Positions 11,388 through 23,896 of a stretch of DNA of 64,000 nt are shown here, piece after piece. The stretch covers positions 480,406-544,405 of the forward strand of contig NW_024881729.1 of assembly GCF_019059575.1 (NCBI RefSeq). Direction: 5' to 3'. This stretch comes from Amphibalanus amphitrite. Its lineage: Eukaryota. The notes under the pieces are model-generated. The model was not told the DNA's origin. It saw nothing but the letters and a program-made list of their open reading frames with translations, and did no database searches. A program made the position numbers and the translations under genes. Numbering within the stretch: position 1 is the first letter of the stretch; every line of letters begins with the position of its first letter.

Positions 11388-14311
11388 ATGGTGCGCCTTC
11401 TGCAGCCATCGCCGCTGGCCGTTCTTCCACTGTTGCTGTCGCTGCTGACGTTAAGCCCAGGTTACGAGGTGACGGTGTTCGGTCCAGCCACCCTGTCTGA
11501 TCTGCTGCTACACCACGGCTCCGGCTCAGCCGCCGCGCTGACGGTGGCCTCGGCCCTGTCCCCATCGCGGTACATGTCCGTGGACAGGTCAGCCGGTCCA
11601 GACTGGGTCATACAGTGGCAGGATGACGAGGAGATCTCAGAGGATGGCGGAGCTGGAGAGAGTACAGCGCGGGGACAGGACGACCTGGTCAGCGGCTACC
11701 GTCTCCCGGAGCGTGGGTGGCCCTGGCCGGCAGGGGATGACCTAAGGCAGGTCAACAGTTTAGGATACCCAAACACACCACCGAAAGACGGCTTGTCGGC
11801 TCACCGTGTGGATAACCTCACATCATACATCACCTCGTTGACTGCACGTGACGCAGCCATCGTTGATACCGGCACGAAACATGACACGAACGGGACCGGC
11901 TTTAAGGAGGCTGTTCGAGACACGCTCGCCACGATTTTCGAGGAGATGCTGCGCCGTCCGAACGTCACAGAGGTCAGCACCGAGGCCACAGAGGTCACCG
12001 AAGTCACCAGTGTGGCGGAGACGGGGCTGGAGGCCCCTTACGAGGCCGGCTCGGAACCATTCCTGGAGGATCAGCTGGCCACCGCCTCCACCATTTTAGG
12101 GCCGTCAGACGACGGATCCCCACTGGGTCCGTGCAGTACCTGTGCCGACAGCCTCCAGTGGACCCCAATGCTCGGCTCCAGTCCTGGTCCGGGTGGTTCG
12201 GCGAAAGGTGACTTGGGCACCAGCGACTCTCAGTGGCTGGTCATCACAAAGACGGCCGACACGCACCCCATCTACGGCGACCCTGATCTGACGGCCGAAT
12301 CCAGTCAGGACGCGCTGGAATCAGTGAATGGACTCGAGCTCGGCGACTACGACTCGGCGTTTAGCTCCGACTCCGGGTGGTCGGCCGGAGACAACGAGTA
12401 CAGGTACGAAGACCAGACCGCAGCCAGCTCCATACCGAGGGCCGGCATAGTATCCCGGATGTCCCGCATCTGGAACGGCATGAGGAGGAGGATCCGCAGA
12501 CTGTTCCCCTCCTGGGAGTACCTCACGACATGGAGGACGCCCTGGTGGTACGAGCGACACGTCAGGCGAAACAGGAACAGACCCCATCGACGTCGCAAGA
12601 GACCAAGACCGTCATATGGAGCACCCAGGCCAAGGCCTTCGTACGGAGCTCCGAAACCCAAGCGAAAGCCTCAACCTTCATATGGACCACCAAAGTCTAA
12701 GCGAAGGCCCAGACCTTCGTATGGGCCTCCCAAGCCCAAACGAAAGCCAAGGCCATCATACGGGCCACCAAAGGCAAAACCAAAACCATCGTATGGACCA
12801 CCAAAAGCAAAACCGAAACCATCGCATGGGTCACCGAAGTCGAAGCCAAACTCTTCGTATGGACCTCCAAAGTCTAAGCCAAATGCATCGTATGGGCCAC
12901 CCAAGTCTAAACCAAACGCATCGTATGGGCCACCTAAATCCAAACCAAATGCTTCGTACGGACCACCGAAGTCAAAACCCAAGACATCTTATGGACCACC
13001 AAAGAGTAAACCCAAAGCATCATACGGACCACCGAAGTCTACGTCGAGCGCGTCTAACGGTGCTCCGAATTCCAAGCCAAGCTCTTCATACAACACTCCA
13101 AGCAGACCCAGTCAAACATATGGAGCTCCCAGGAAACGACCAAGCCAGATGTACGGTCCTCCCTACAACTCTCAGTTGCCGACTCTACGCGGGTCGCCGA
13201 ACCGTCGCGATGGGACACGGCCCTCCGAGCCCATAGACGTCCAGCCGTTTCCGACTACCTACACACCGCAGGTCTCCGGCTTCGGCGCCGTGAGCGAGGC
13301 AGCTCTAGACGCACACACCCTCGACCCGGTCACAGAAGTGGACTACGGCACGGCACCGGCCGAAACTGATACGCTGGACGAGTTTGACCATCCTCGCCGA
13401 CCCAATAGACCTCACAGACCTCACAGACCTCACGGACCTCACGGGCCTCACAGGCCACACAGGCCGGCCGAGCACCGGTTCCCGTCGTTCGACTGGCTCA
13501 GCGCTCCGTTCCGCGCCGCGTACGACTGGCAGATGGGTCTGCTAGGAGGCTTCCTCCGGCGCATGTCGACATTCCCGTCACTCAACTGGGGAGTTCCCTC
13601 CATTCGATTCCCACTTCTGCCAAGTGTTCTGAGGCGCGATGAGCGCTGGGATAGGACCAGAGCTGATGAGAGAGGTCAGGTGCTGCAATACACGGACTGG
13701 GGTGAGCCGGACTCGACGATCCTCCAGGACCGAGCCGGTCTGCCCGCCGGTACCGGCAGGTCGTCGGTGGTGGACGGCCTTCTCTCGGCGCTCGTTGTTC
13801 TTCCGTTCGCGCTGTTCGCGGCGGAGCGTGCCGTGGCCCTTGGAGAGGTGCTTGGTAACACCACCGCAAACCTCTGGGTGGTGGACGCGCTGACCCAGGA
13901 GGGAGGAGGTCAGGTGGCGGGCGCAGGATCCAGACTGCTCCGCGAGCTAGAGATCCTGACGGAACGCTGTACAGACGGCCTGACTGATGACGCTGAAGGA
14001 GCCAGCAGACAGCAGCAAGAACATGCCACCAACATCACCACCAAATATCTTGACCAAAGCGAAGCAAACGCTTCTGAAGACGCTGACCACCTTGCTGAAG
14101 GAAGTGGTGAAGAGGTTGCTGACGAGATTAGCCACCAGACCTGTCCCTCCGGCTCCAGCACCGTGGGTCACCTGTTGGGCACCTACCGCTCGCTGTCCGG
14201 CTCCGTCGCCGCCCTGCCCGATGACCTGACCTGCCGCCCGCTGGCGCTGTGTCACGAGCTGAGGGCCAGGGTCGACAGCCCAGCCGATATCGCCGCCGCC
14301 ATCGCCGTACT
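11388..14311 (+). CDS. Gene A exon 1: a secreted repetitive protein. It has a signal peptide, ~18 copies of (K/R)PxxSYGPPK(S/A)K undecapeptide repeats, an HRPHRPHGPHGPHRPHRP tract, and a C-terminal C-x5-C motif.
   Basis: An uninterrupted 975-codon ORF starts MVRLLQPSPLAVLPLLLSLLTLSPG. It ends at a perfect GTGAGT donor (14312-14317) overlapping the in-frame TGA; the exon ends in phase 2. Confidence 0.6.
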
Positions 14312-14652
14312 GTGAGTACCCCCGGAGATTGTTAACTAACCGTATAATGGGGCACTTCAATTTAAAATTAGCGTTTCAAAGAATTATTGCTAAATGTTAT
14401 TATGTAACTTTATGTGATAGGGCATTCATATATGTACTGCAAGCATTTATAAATTTTAACAATGAGGTATTTAAGTTTTAATAATAAACAAATTTTGTGT
14501 CGTTATCAATGTTATCATTTTCGGTGTTAGCCTGCCCTATACAATACTGGGAACAAAAGATATTTGTTTGGAAAGCTTGTTTACATATGCTTTAGCGGTT
14601 TTCCATCGCTAAATTACGTAGACCCTGTTCAGCTTATTTTACCGTTTTACAG

Positions 14653-14794
14653 GGCGGTTCAGTCAGCCATGAGCGATGCACCCGTCTGGAACCTCCTGAG
14701 TCTGGGAGCTTCGCTATGGGACGCAACGGACGACAGCAGCGACCTCTCGTGCTGGTCTCGTGCCGCAGAAAGCTGCTCAGCTGACCCGACCTGA
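14653..14794 (+). CDS. Gene A terminal exon: (L)AVQSAMSDAPVWNLLSLGASLWDATDDSSDLSCWSRAAESCSADPT followed by the stop.
   Basis: The acceptor ttttacag|G is at 14651-14652, and the frame continues from exon 1 in phase 2. It carries the second Cys pair of the shared C-terminal module. Confidence 0.55.
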
Positions 14795-17070
14795 GGTCAG
14801 GTCAAGGTCAGGTGGCAGAGATCATCTAGTCGCGCGGGCCTGCACAAACTGGTCGTCAGCTGATTCAGTGTAAACGACACCATATAATCTATGTTTAGTG
14901 GCATTACAAATCCAACTGCGGGCCCGGGTCACGGGCTGGCTGTGGGCCGTCGACAGTCGCTGCAAAAACAGGGTCATTTAAATCGTCTGAGTTTCTCGTC
15001 TGGAGTTATTGTTGCACTCTGAGGCCAGACCGAGCTATTTACCGTGACTGTCTGTTTGCAAGGCATTTGTTCCGACTACTGTTTGCAGATTAGATTCATG
15101 GTCGTTGCACGTCTTGCTCTGCAGATGGAGAGACAAATGGAGACGAGACGGACTAGGTCAACAGGCTAGCTTCATATTTTTCGTGGAGTACATTCGGGTA
15201 GTGGCTCCAAATCCATGTAACGAGACGGCTCTGTGACAGTAGAGTTGGGATGGCGGGACATAGATTCACTACGCTCCTTTTTATGTTGTTAAATGTTTTT
15301 GCAATTATCAGATCGCTTAATTCCTAGGGTCTTTATAATTCGTTCAAGTATTTATGTTATCTGAGCGTGAATTTAACGCCACGATAAAAATAGCGCAGAG
15401 GGTAGTGCCGTGTCTCTTTAATAGTGTATTGAACAGTGTTTAACTTGTTGAATGTTTTACGCATTGGGACATATGATTCAATTAAGTGTATGTTAATTTA
15501 TTATGTTTCTCTTTCTTTCAATGGTTCGATCATGCGCTTATATGAAAGAACAGGCCTAGCATGTTCATATAATAAACGTCGTTTATTATTTGACGTCTTT
15601 ATTTATTGTGCATTACGGAGAGCCGACTCACATAACACGTTAAAAGTGCAGCAATAATTTTCATGGCTTTTGACAAAACTGGAGCGAGACGAAACGCATG
15701 CCATTCATACAAGGGCGTGCGTGATGCGAATATGATGGCTGAGACTGTTGAGAGGAAAATGGAACGATAGAAAAGACGTCATTAGCTCTGATGTTATTGA
15801 CTGCATTATTTTATTTGTCCAATGAATCCATATCACGAACTGCAATAAGGAATGATAGCACACTGCTGTGAGTGGAACACCATATAGCGAAGGAGGGCTC
15901 GAGTTTGTTGTGATGCTCATTTTGCCCCATTTTTCAGCCGTAATTTGGCGTAATTCCCCGAGCGAGGACGGTGCGTAGCGAACCAGTGTCATGCTGGCTA
16001 ATGTCCCATAATTAACGTAGCGTGTCGTCGCGGTGAGGTATTCTGAAGTCGTTGGCGTAAGCGCCTAACAGTGAGGACCGTTCTGCCGGGCCGGTATGTG
16101 CCATAAGACATTGCTGAAGCTATAGGCACGATGTGTAGGCGGCATATGCACCAAGTATGCACGACGCATAGACGGTGGGCTTGCAGTCGACTGTGGGACA
16201 TTTGCGAATGGCGCGGTATAGCGTACAAAACGGTAAACAACAGATCGCGCCATTCCCACGCATACATTTATTTATACACACATGCGTGTGTACACATATA
16301 GGTGGGTGGGCAATGACATATATGTCATTGCATTATAAAGACGGCACGACATTCGTAGCTAATATCGGCTACTGGTGTGCGCACAAATTGATAGATTATG
16401 CTGATGATCGAATTTTGATGAATGTTTGAAAGTGGACCAATTGAAAGCTTACCAATTAAAATGAAACATTTTGACCCGCAACAAGCCGTGAAACTACTAT
16501 GAGCGATGGGCGAGCGCCGAGCTGTGTTTTAAGTTCTTTGCACTGGAATTTCCAAACCAGCACGCATGGGAGACCTTCCTCACGTGAGTTTCCAACCGTC
16601 TGCCACTACATATAGCCTTCACGCAAGCATCAACCACTTGTGGTCGCTGCGCCCATCCGTTACCCGGTCACAGTTGAGGATCTTCACCGCCATCACCGCC
16701 ATCACATCACCGGGACTCCCGGTCGACTGGGTTCGCCGTGCGCCCATTCGCCGTTCCTGTTGTTGCCGCTGCCACCGCCGCCAATGCTCCGCCTCGTCAC
16801 CACCGTACCAGAACGGTTGTCAATTGTGCGCTCCTGAGTGAGACTTCACCTGCACTATACGGCCGGGACGGACGTGCGCCGCAGCCGTCCCGGACGCGCC
16901 GCACATGGCTCAATCGCGTCAGATTTGTGCATGCCGCCCAGCGGGTGTTTCTTGTGTGTGCTTCAATTGAAGAAGTGCGAGTTGGTCTTTCGTATGCGTT
17001 GAAGTGTAAGCGCGCATGGAAGTGCACATATCTTGCCAGTCGACTTGTTGACTTGTGACAGTGCTGCGAG

Positions 17071-17608
17071 CTATGGCAATCACCTCTAGGTCCTCCAAGT
17101 TTCCATCCCGGCGTCTGTGGAGGACAATGATGCTCGCTGCGCTGACCGTGCCCGGCCCTGCGGCGCCCTCGCTCGTGCCCCGGTCCCTAGCGCGGCCGGC
17201 TAACCGTCTGCTCGCGGCGACAGCCAGGTCGTCCATGGGCTACGGGGGCGGCGGCGGCATGCTGCTCCCCAGTTTCGGGATGCTGCTCACGGGGCTCAGT
17301 TTCCTAGCGTTCGGCACGTTCCTGTTACTGCTGGTACAGCAGGCGATCGGTGGCGGCGGCACGGGTACGGGCGGCGGCACCGGAGGCCGCAGAGACGGAG
17401 GTGCCGCAGAGGTCGGACTCTGGTCCGAGCTGACCTTCCTGCTGGGCAGCGTGGACGAGGTGCCCGAGCTGGCAGCCGAGGCGCTGCTGAGCACCTCCCG
17501 GCTGCTGGTGCTGGAGAGGTCAGGCTGCGTGGCCCGCCGGCTCTGTCAGCTCAACAGCCGAGCGCAGCAGCAGGAGGTCTACAAAGGACTCATCTATAAC
17601 CTCGTCAG
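17071..17608 (+). CDS. Gene B exon 1: a Gly-rich protein with a hydrophobic helix, ending ...RSGCVARRLCQLNSRAQQQEVYKGLIYNLV(R/S). The start codon is uncertain: 17071 or 17125.
   Basis: The ORF ends at the donor CAG|GTGAGA (17609). The C-x5-C motif aligns to gene A (TCRPLALCHELRARVDSP) and gene C (QCGRRLLCELNQKARSQ). Confidence 0.45.
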
Positions 17609-17854
17609 GTGAGAGACGGTAAACGGAACCGATACAAAAAGACCGATGTTTGTGTCGAGAGGGGGGGGGGGAGGGGCGAAGGGCATTGGTTGCATAGTGG
17701 GTAATTGTATGCTTAGGTAATTAATGCATTTTGAAGTAGGAAATGGATTAATAATAAATCAAGGTATTCAAAATGTCGGAAATATATGTAGGTGCTTTTA
17801 AAAGGCGCCCTTGATATATGGTAGGCACATATACCTACGAGCGGTCAGTTAATG

Positions 17855-18020
17855 CTCCAGGAACTAACGTCTCTTTCCTGGTAGACTGTTCCGCACTACA
17901 CGCGTGATTGCGGCGCAGCATGATCCCTATATCGCGCGGACGCCGAACAATCTAAAAAACAAATAGCTGTTTAGAGCGAAAAGTCCAATAATTTATGCAA
18001 TTGATCGCTTGGCTGTTTCT
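17855..18020. repeat. Arm 1 of a ~170 bp, ~97% identical inverted repeat; arm 2 is at 20775-20945.
   Basis: gttccgcactacacgcgtgattgcggcgcagcatgatccctatatcgcgcggacgccgaacaatctaaaaaacaaatagctgtttagagcgaaaagtccaataa is the reverse complement of 20801-20930. Confidence 0.8.
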
Positions 18021-18273
18021 GGGAATACCAAATGACTCGTATGCATGTAAATAGCGTTTATTCAAGATATCGGACATGGCGCTGACTATTACGTAGCCGT
18101 TCGATACTCGGTCTCGAATAGGTACACCAAATAATTAAAGTATTTTCTCACGAGATAATTTTGGATGAAGATAAGAATATTTCAATTGGCTGACAAAAAA
18201 ATGTAATCTCTCGCTGATGGCATTGTTTAATGTTTGACCCCGTTCCCGTACTGACCAGAGACCCCTTTCACAG

Positions 18274-18397
18274 TGTCGGGACGTCCCTGATCCCCACGGC
18301 GGAGGTCTCTCTGTGGGAGAAGCTGGCCGCCGTCCTGGAGGCCAGGACGGGAGGACGCTGTGAGGCGACGTTCTCCTGCGTTGATAAACCGGGATGA
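18274..18397 (+). CDS. Gene B terminal exon: (S)VGTSLIPTAEVSLWEKLAAVLEARTGGRCEATFSCVDKPG followed by the stop.
   Basis: The acceptor is ctttcacag|T and it continues phase 2 from 17608. It is homologous to the terminal exons of genes A and C (second Cys pair RCEATFSC versus DCVATFDRC versus SCWSRAAESC). Confidence 0.45.
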
Positions 18398-18539
18398 GCC
18401 AGCGCGGTGTGCTGGCTTTTCGCTGCTGAGCTTTAGATAGGATATTAGTCGGAGGAAAGAGTACAACTTTAATTTATTACTCATGCCAAATGCATGGTGA
18501 GCGAGCATCGATCGTGCGTTAATTTGCAAATTTATCAGA

Positions 18540-19385
18540 CATTTATTACGAGCGAGCGAGCGCAGCGAGCGAAGTGAGTCTTTTCAATATAACGGAAAAA
18601 TCTCAGTATGAGCGGCCCGGCCCGGCCCGGCCCGGCCTGTAACGCTTTTGAGAGGCTTATATCTCAGCAACCGCTGGACCGATTGGCCTGCGGTCTTTTT
18701 TGTTGGGTAGCCCCATCCCTTCTACCCCGTAATTGACTACTTTTGATACATCTCAGTGACCGTCGTGGCACGTGCCACGTGAAAAGTCAAGGGTGTTCAA
18801 GCTGTTTTGCAAAATTAGTGATTTTGAGAGGCTCATATCTCAGCAGCCGCTTGGGCGATTGACTTGCGGTAATTTTTGTAGGGTAGCAGCATCCCTTCTA
18901 CCCAAAATAGGATAGTCTCGATGCATGTGGGTCACCCCCAGTGCACGTGCAAAATACAACAATAAGAGGTGCCAAATTTGTTCCCATTTCAGTAACTCGG
19001 TAATTACTGGGGCGATTTCGCTGAAACTTGGCATACAGGTAGGCACCCACCAGGCAATGCATTCCCATGTGTTGCGATTAGGGTGGTACTGCACGTGCGC
19101 ACGTGCAGGGGGCGTTTCCAGATCTCGAGAACGGCTGGGCCGATTGCGCTCAAATTTGGTACACGGTTGGGGACCAGTTAGTAGGGTGCCGTGCAAAAGT
19201 CATTTTGGACCCCGTTTGCACGTGCGCACGTGCAGAATGCCGCTTCCAGATCTCAGGAACGGCTGGGCCGATTGCGTTCAAATTTGGCACACCGCTAGCG
19301 ACCAGTTAGAAGGGTGCTTTGCGCAAGCCCGTTGGAAGCACCCTCTCGCCCTTCCGCACGTGCAGGGCTCACTATCTCGCTCGCT
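18540..19385. repeat. Satellite-like tandem array with units of ~130-180 bp and 4-5 diverged copies. It is bounded by inverted CGAGCGAGCG / CGCTCGCTCG termini.
   Basis: Recurring blocks include cacgtgcgcacgtgcag...ccagatctc(g/a)g(a/g)aacggctgggccgattgcg(c/t)tcaaatttgg(t/c)aca and gagaggct(t/c)atatctcagca(a/g)ccgct. Confidence 0.7.
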
Positions 19386-20774
19386 CGTTCTTCGCCCAAA
19401 AGGCGTTTTACTGGTTATATTGTTATTATTCCATAGCTATGTTCGTGTATTTTTGCGTGTGGGTGTTTCGTTCCGTGATGTTTAGAGATGCTGCATGCAA
19501 GTTGGTTGACCATTGGTCTGTGCTCGTTTGTCGTTTTGCTGCGGTGCATGCGGGTATATAGTGAAATGACCAAATGTTTTGCGTATGAATGGGGCGACAT
19601 TCATCGATTAATAGTCAACACCGTTTCTTACAGTGAGATTAAATTTGATCTGAAAAAAAAAATTGTTATTTTAAAACTTTTCTCTTTCAGAATTAAATGC
19701 AAGTAGGCATGCCCACGTATAAGATCCCACCTAAAAATAGATTGCCTGTATTTAGAGGCTCGCCCTCGTCCTCGGGACACGGCTGAGCCGCGGTCACCCA
19801 CTGATCGGTAACGTTTCTTTGTGATGTCGCTCTTGGCTTTATCATCCAGGCACGAAGCCAGTATTTTGCTTAGGGAGGGGCCACAGGTCGCGGCCTAGTG
19901 TCGTACCCCTCCAAAAAAGGAAAGCTTCTCGGATTCGGCCCACTATTTTTGGATGTGTGGTGCAGCTGTTTTTATTTATTATCTTTTATTTAATTTTGTA
20001 TCATTTTTTGCCTACAAGGGGAGGGAGCCATGGCCCCCGTGCCCCCCTTGCTACGTCCCTGTTATCATCGTTCGGCTCTGAAATGGTTTTGTTTGTTTTC
20101 TTTTTGTTTTGTTGGGTTAGGCCCTTTCGGTCCAATGGGACCATTTCAGAGCCGGGAGGATGATAGGATAAAGGGGGAGACATTGGTCTGGGCAGGCACC
20201 CTAGTGAGTCGCCGGGGCTGAGCCCGTCCAGAGGACAGGCCACCCAGCCCCAAGGCACTCACTGCACCCGGCTACGGGGTGCGCTCCCTCGGGAGCAGCG
20301 GTGCCGCTCCAAGGGAGCAGCCCGCATGAGATAAAGTTGCCTGTCCAGCCCGGAGAGGGGTTGCGGCGTGGAGGAGAAGGATTTCAGTATCCTGAGGATA
20401 AAAGCACGGAACGGTGACTGAAATGGTCACTTCTTTAGGCAATATACGTAAGTGATCCTAAAGCATGGGTCTCCTGTCTCCATGTCACGGCTGTCTGAGA
20501 AAGGGTGGCAACCAATGCCACCTACCAGACTACCACCTCCAATGGTGGCTGGTGAATACAACCAAGGCAAACGCGTCCAGCTCTGAACTGAGTAGGTATC
20601 TATAGCGCCATCTGCTGCACAAAGGTTGGAGAACGTCCAGGTCCAACGGCCAGCGCCCTCTGCTCTGAGAACGAAGAATGGTGCTTCAGACACTATGCAT
20701 AGGTGCATACTCATATATGGCCCGGACCACACAGGTGACGCTCAGCAGTACCCAACAGCCGAGAGTCACATGGT

Positions 20775-20945
20775 ATGCCCAGAAACAGCCAAGCGATCAA
20801 TTGCATAAGTTATTGGACTTTTCGCTCTAAACAGCTATTTGTTTTGTAGATTGTTCGGCATCCGTGCGATATAGGGATCATGCTGCGCCGCAATCACGCG
20901 TGTAGTGCGGAACAGTCTACCAGGAAAGAGACGTCAGTTCCTGTG
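20775..20945. repeat. Arm 2 of the inverted repeat. The two arms enclose ~2.75 kb, including gene B's terminal exon and the 18540-19385 tandem-repeat element. They are possibly the TIRs of a ~3.1 kb element.
   Basis: It is the reverse complement of 17855-18020. Confidence 0.8.
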
Positions 20946-21229
20946 CATTGACTGGCCGCTTCTAAGCGATGCCATCCTCAATCTTCATGCTAAGAACCAG
21001 CAAATCGCTCTTGGCAGTCGGCTGACAATCGTCCCAGCGGGACACCCGACAGAGAACAATTTCAATGGGACTCTTTTCCTCCGAAGTGACCGATTGAGAG
21101 AGGGTGGGTGGCTCTTCTCACCGTGCGCGGCACTCCTGACTTTCGTGTGCGACTAACTAGACGATTTGGAAGCACAAAATATATAGGAAATATTACACGT
21201 AATCCTTGGTAGAAGTTTGAAACGTCTGG

Positions 21230-21790
21230 GTGGACGTTAAGATTATTTGATCAATATTCCGATTTCCGAAAGCTAGTTATTTAAACGTTAGTTACCATGA
21301 CAGATGAGTAGCTAGTTTCAAAAAAGCATTTTTCTGTCTAATGAAGACAAAACCGTTTTGCGTTACCACTTACCACTCGACGGACTTCTAAATACGATTA
21401 GAAATTGTGAGACGTCTTTTAGCCGTTTAAACGTTTTACTAGACATTAAAACGTCTAAAGGTCGTTTAAACGTTGATTTGAGTTGCCCTTTAAAGGTCTT
21501 CTAGCCGTTTAAATATATTTAGGCCGTGAAAATGATTAAAAGCGGTTTAAATGCTAACTAGCCGCCTATCTATCATTGTCAGTACTCACAAAAATTAATA
21601 CGTCTCTTTAACATCAAATGGTCGTTTTAACGTCTAATTGAAAACTTAAGTTATAAGCCGTTCAAACATTTTTTAGACGTTTAATGCACCTGATAGTATT
21701 AGCCGTACCTATAATCGTAGATATTGTAGCCGCTTAAACGTTAAAAGCCGTATTACGCCCCTTACCCCTTCACACATTTAATACTTATCT
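21230..21790. repeat. A degenerate minisatellite built on (T)AGCCGTTTAAACGTT-like units of ~25-40 bp.
   Basis: There are over 12 recurrences of gtttaaacg or cgtttaa with agccg or ggccg prefixes. Confidence 0.6.
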
Positions 21791-23896
21791 AAACATCCTT
21801 TGAAAAAGTTGTTAAAACGGTTAGGATTGTTTGCATATCAGGCCTTGCAACGTTTTCTGGATCGTAAAAAAATTCAGTGATGTAGCATCTCAATTTTTTT
21901 GCTCTTCATATACATATAGGTATAGCTTAAAAGGTACGTACTCGTAGAGCGTTTGCAAATATCTTAATACTGAACCTACGTTGCGAAATAATCATTATCG
22001 GGTATCGTGCATAATTCACTTGACGGTTTGAAATGATACGATACACAAGATGCCTACACAATAGGTACACATGACAGTTTCATGCTTGGGTTCCTCTGAT
22101 CAGCCACTCGTTGCCTTTGTGACCTCTTTTCCAGTCAGCCCGATAATATGTTGATTGTTGGGTCAATCCCCGTCTGTCTCCATACGATATGCATGACAGA
22201 CGAACTGGGTCTGTCTGAGCGCGTCCCATTCGTCATTGAAATGCACTGGAACAGTGAAACGGTGCACACTCACCACCACGGGAGAACAGCGTAACCACGA
22301 CCGACAGCACAGCCAGAATTTAGAACAGATGGCATCCGCCAGAGATGCACTACCTACTAATGCCATGAATGCACATCTGAACATTTCCACAGCAGATGGT
22401 CGACGGAACACGACATCCGATCATTTCTGATGCACGCGGTTCCGTGTTACATCCAGCTAGCACGGTTATGTTTATGCACGACCCAACCATCACGTCATAC
22501 GGTCTCTGTGCCAGTTGCCACGACCGGTGGCACTTCCGTCACTGCTCATATATTTCGGCTTCTTCTCACCGTACCTTGATTTCGGTACCCCGGCCGCGCC
22601 CTGCGCTCCTCTATCGTGTCCCGTGGCGCCCACGATATGCCGCTCCTGACACCCGTCCCGTTACCTTTCCGCTCGGGACCGGCGGCCGTCATGCTCCGCC
22701 GTCCGCCGTGAAGACGGGACTGCTGCGCATCGGCGGCGTATGTGGCGCACTGGCGGCGCTACCGTGACCGAGCCGCAGTCGACACCGCGCCGAAGGGAGT
22801 GGTTTATGGCTAGTTAGGCGTAATTAATTAGGGATCATGTGCGGAGGCGGTGAGCTTCTGAGATCAAACGGTACGTGGTCGTCTGGGCCGGTGGAAGCTC
22901 CGACGCTGCATTCAATCCGTATAGGCAGTCAGGACACTTCGAATAATAGTATTTCCTCGAGGTTAGGGTATGCCATTTACAACAGCCGATGGCTTATATG
23001 TAGCTGCCATATAGCATGTATCAATTGGTATCGAGTACCCGTTTATAAGTGGGGTCCATGGGGAAAGGGCTCGTTACCTAACGCAGTGTGCGCTGTGCAG
23101 CGTGTACCGTACAACGCTTGGTTCAAAAATGCAGCTATTAATGTGCGAAAAGGCATACGAACTTTTGTCACCTCATTATGCATTCTGCAGTCCCTTCTCG
23201 CGAATCCAGCACAGCGGTAACCCACACCGTGACGTCGTGACGGCCGTGACGCGGGCCATGACCCATCCGTGACGCTCCGGGAGCCGGGGGCGGGGGCACG
23301 GAGCGTCACGGCGCTCGGCGGCTGCTCCGGTCTGCTCCGGATGGTGCTTGGCTCAGAGTGCTGGTAGAGGCAGCGCTGAATGGCGCCGAATCGTCGGAGA
23401 GCTCGGTCGCCGAGTGTGGTTGGTGGCAGCTGAGCGAACTGACGGAGATAGCGTGAAGCGGTTGACAACGGGCTGGGGAGAGAGTTGAATAGTGACTGTG
23501 CTCAGTGGCGACCGATTCAGCGAATCTAGAAGACATATCACCGAGCATTGACCTCTCGACCGGTAGATCAGTGCACGAGAATTCGGCTTACCTGAGCCGA
23601 TCGAGGACGGTTTAAGCTGCAGCCGGTTTCTGGGTTTGTTTGTGTGTTTCGGTGCGCGGGAGAGTCAGTGATCTGTTGTGGAAGGTGGTCCATAATTCGT
23701 CACCTGTGTCTGTGCTGTAGGTAGACGGGGACCGGTTGGCGGTCGGACATTGATCACTGGATGACTGGGTCGCGGTCGGATGCGGTCGGACGGCGGTCAG
23801 ACCCGATTAGGTAGATCACCGTGCGGTCGTGCCTGCCGCTGCACTGGTCGGTAGAGCGGCGCTCGGCGTCACACCGCGTCAGTGCCAGTGAACATC

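Noticed and set aside
12347-13236. ORFs 12377-12700, 12616-13236 and 12671-12982 inside gene A
   Set aside because: They are alternative frames of the 33-bp periodic repeat region of the 975-aa ORF.
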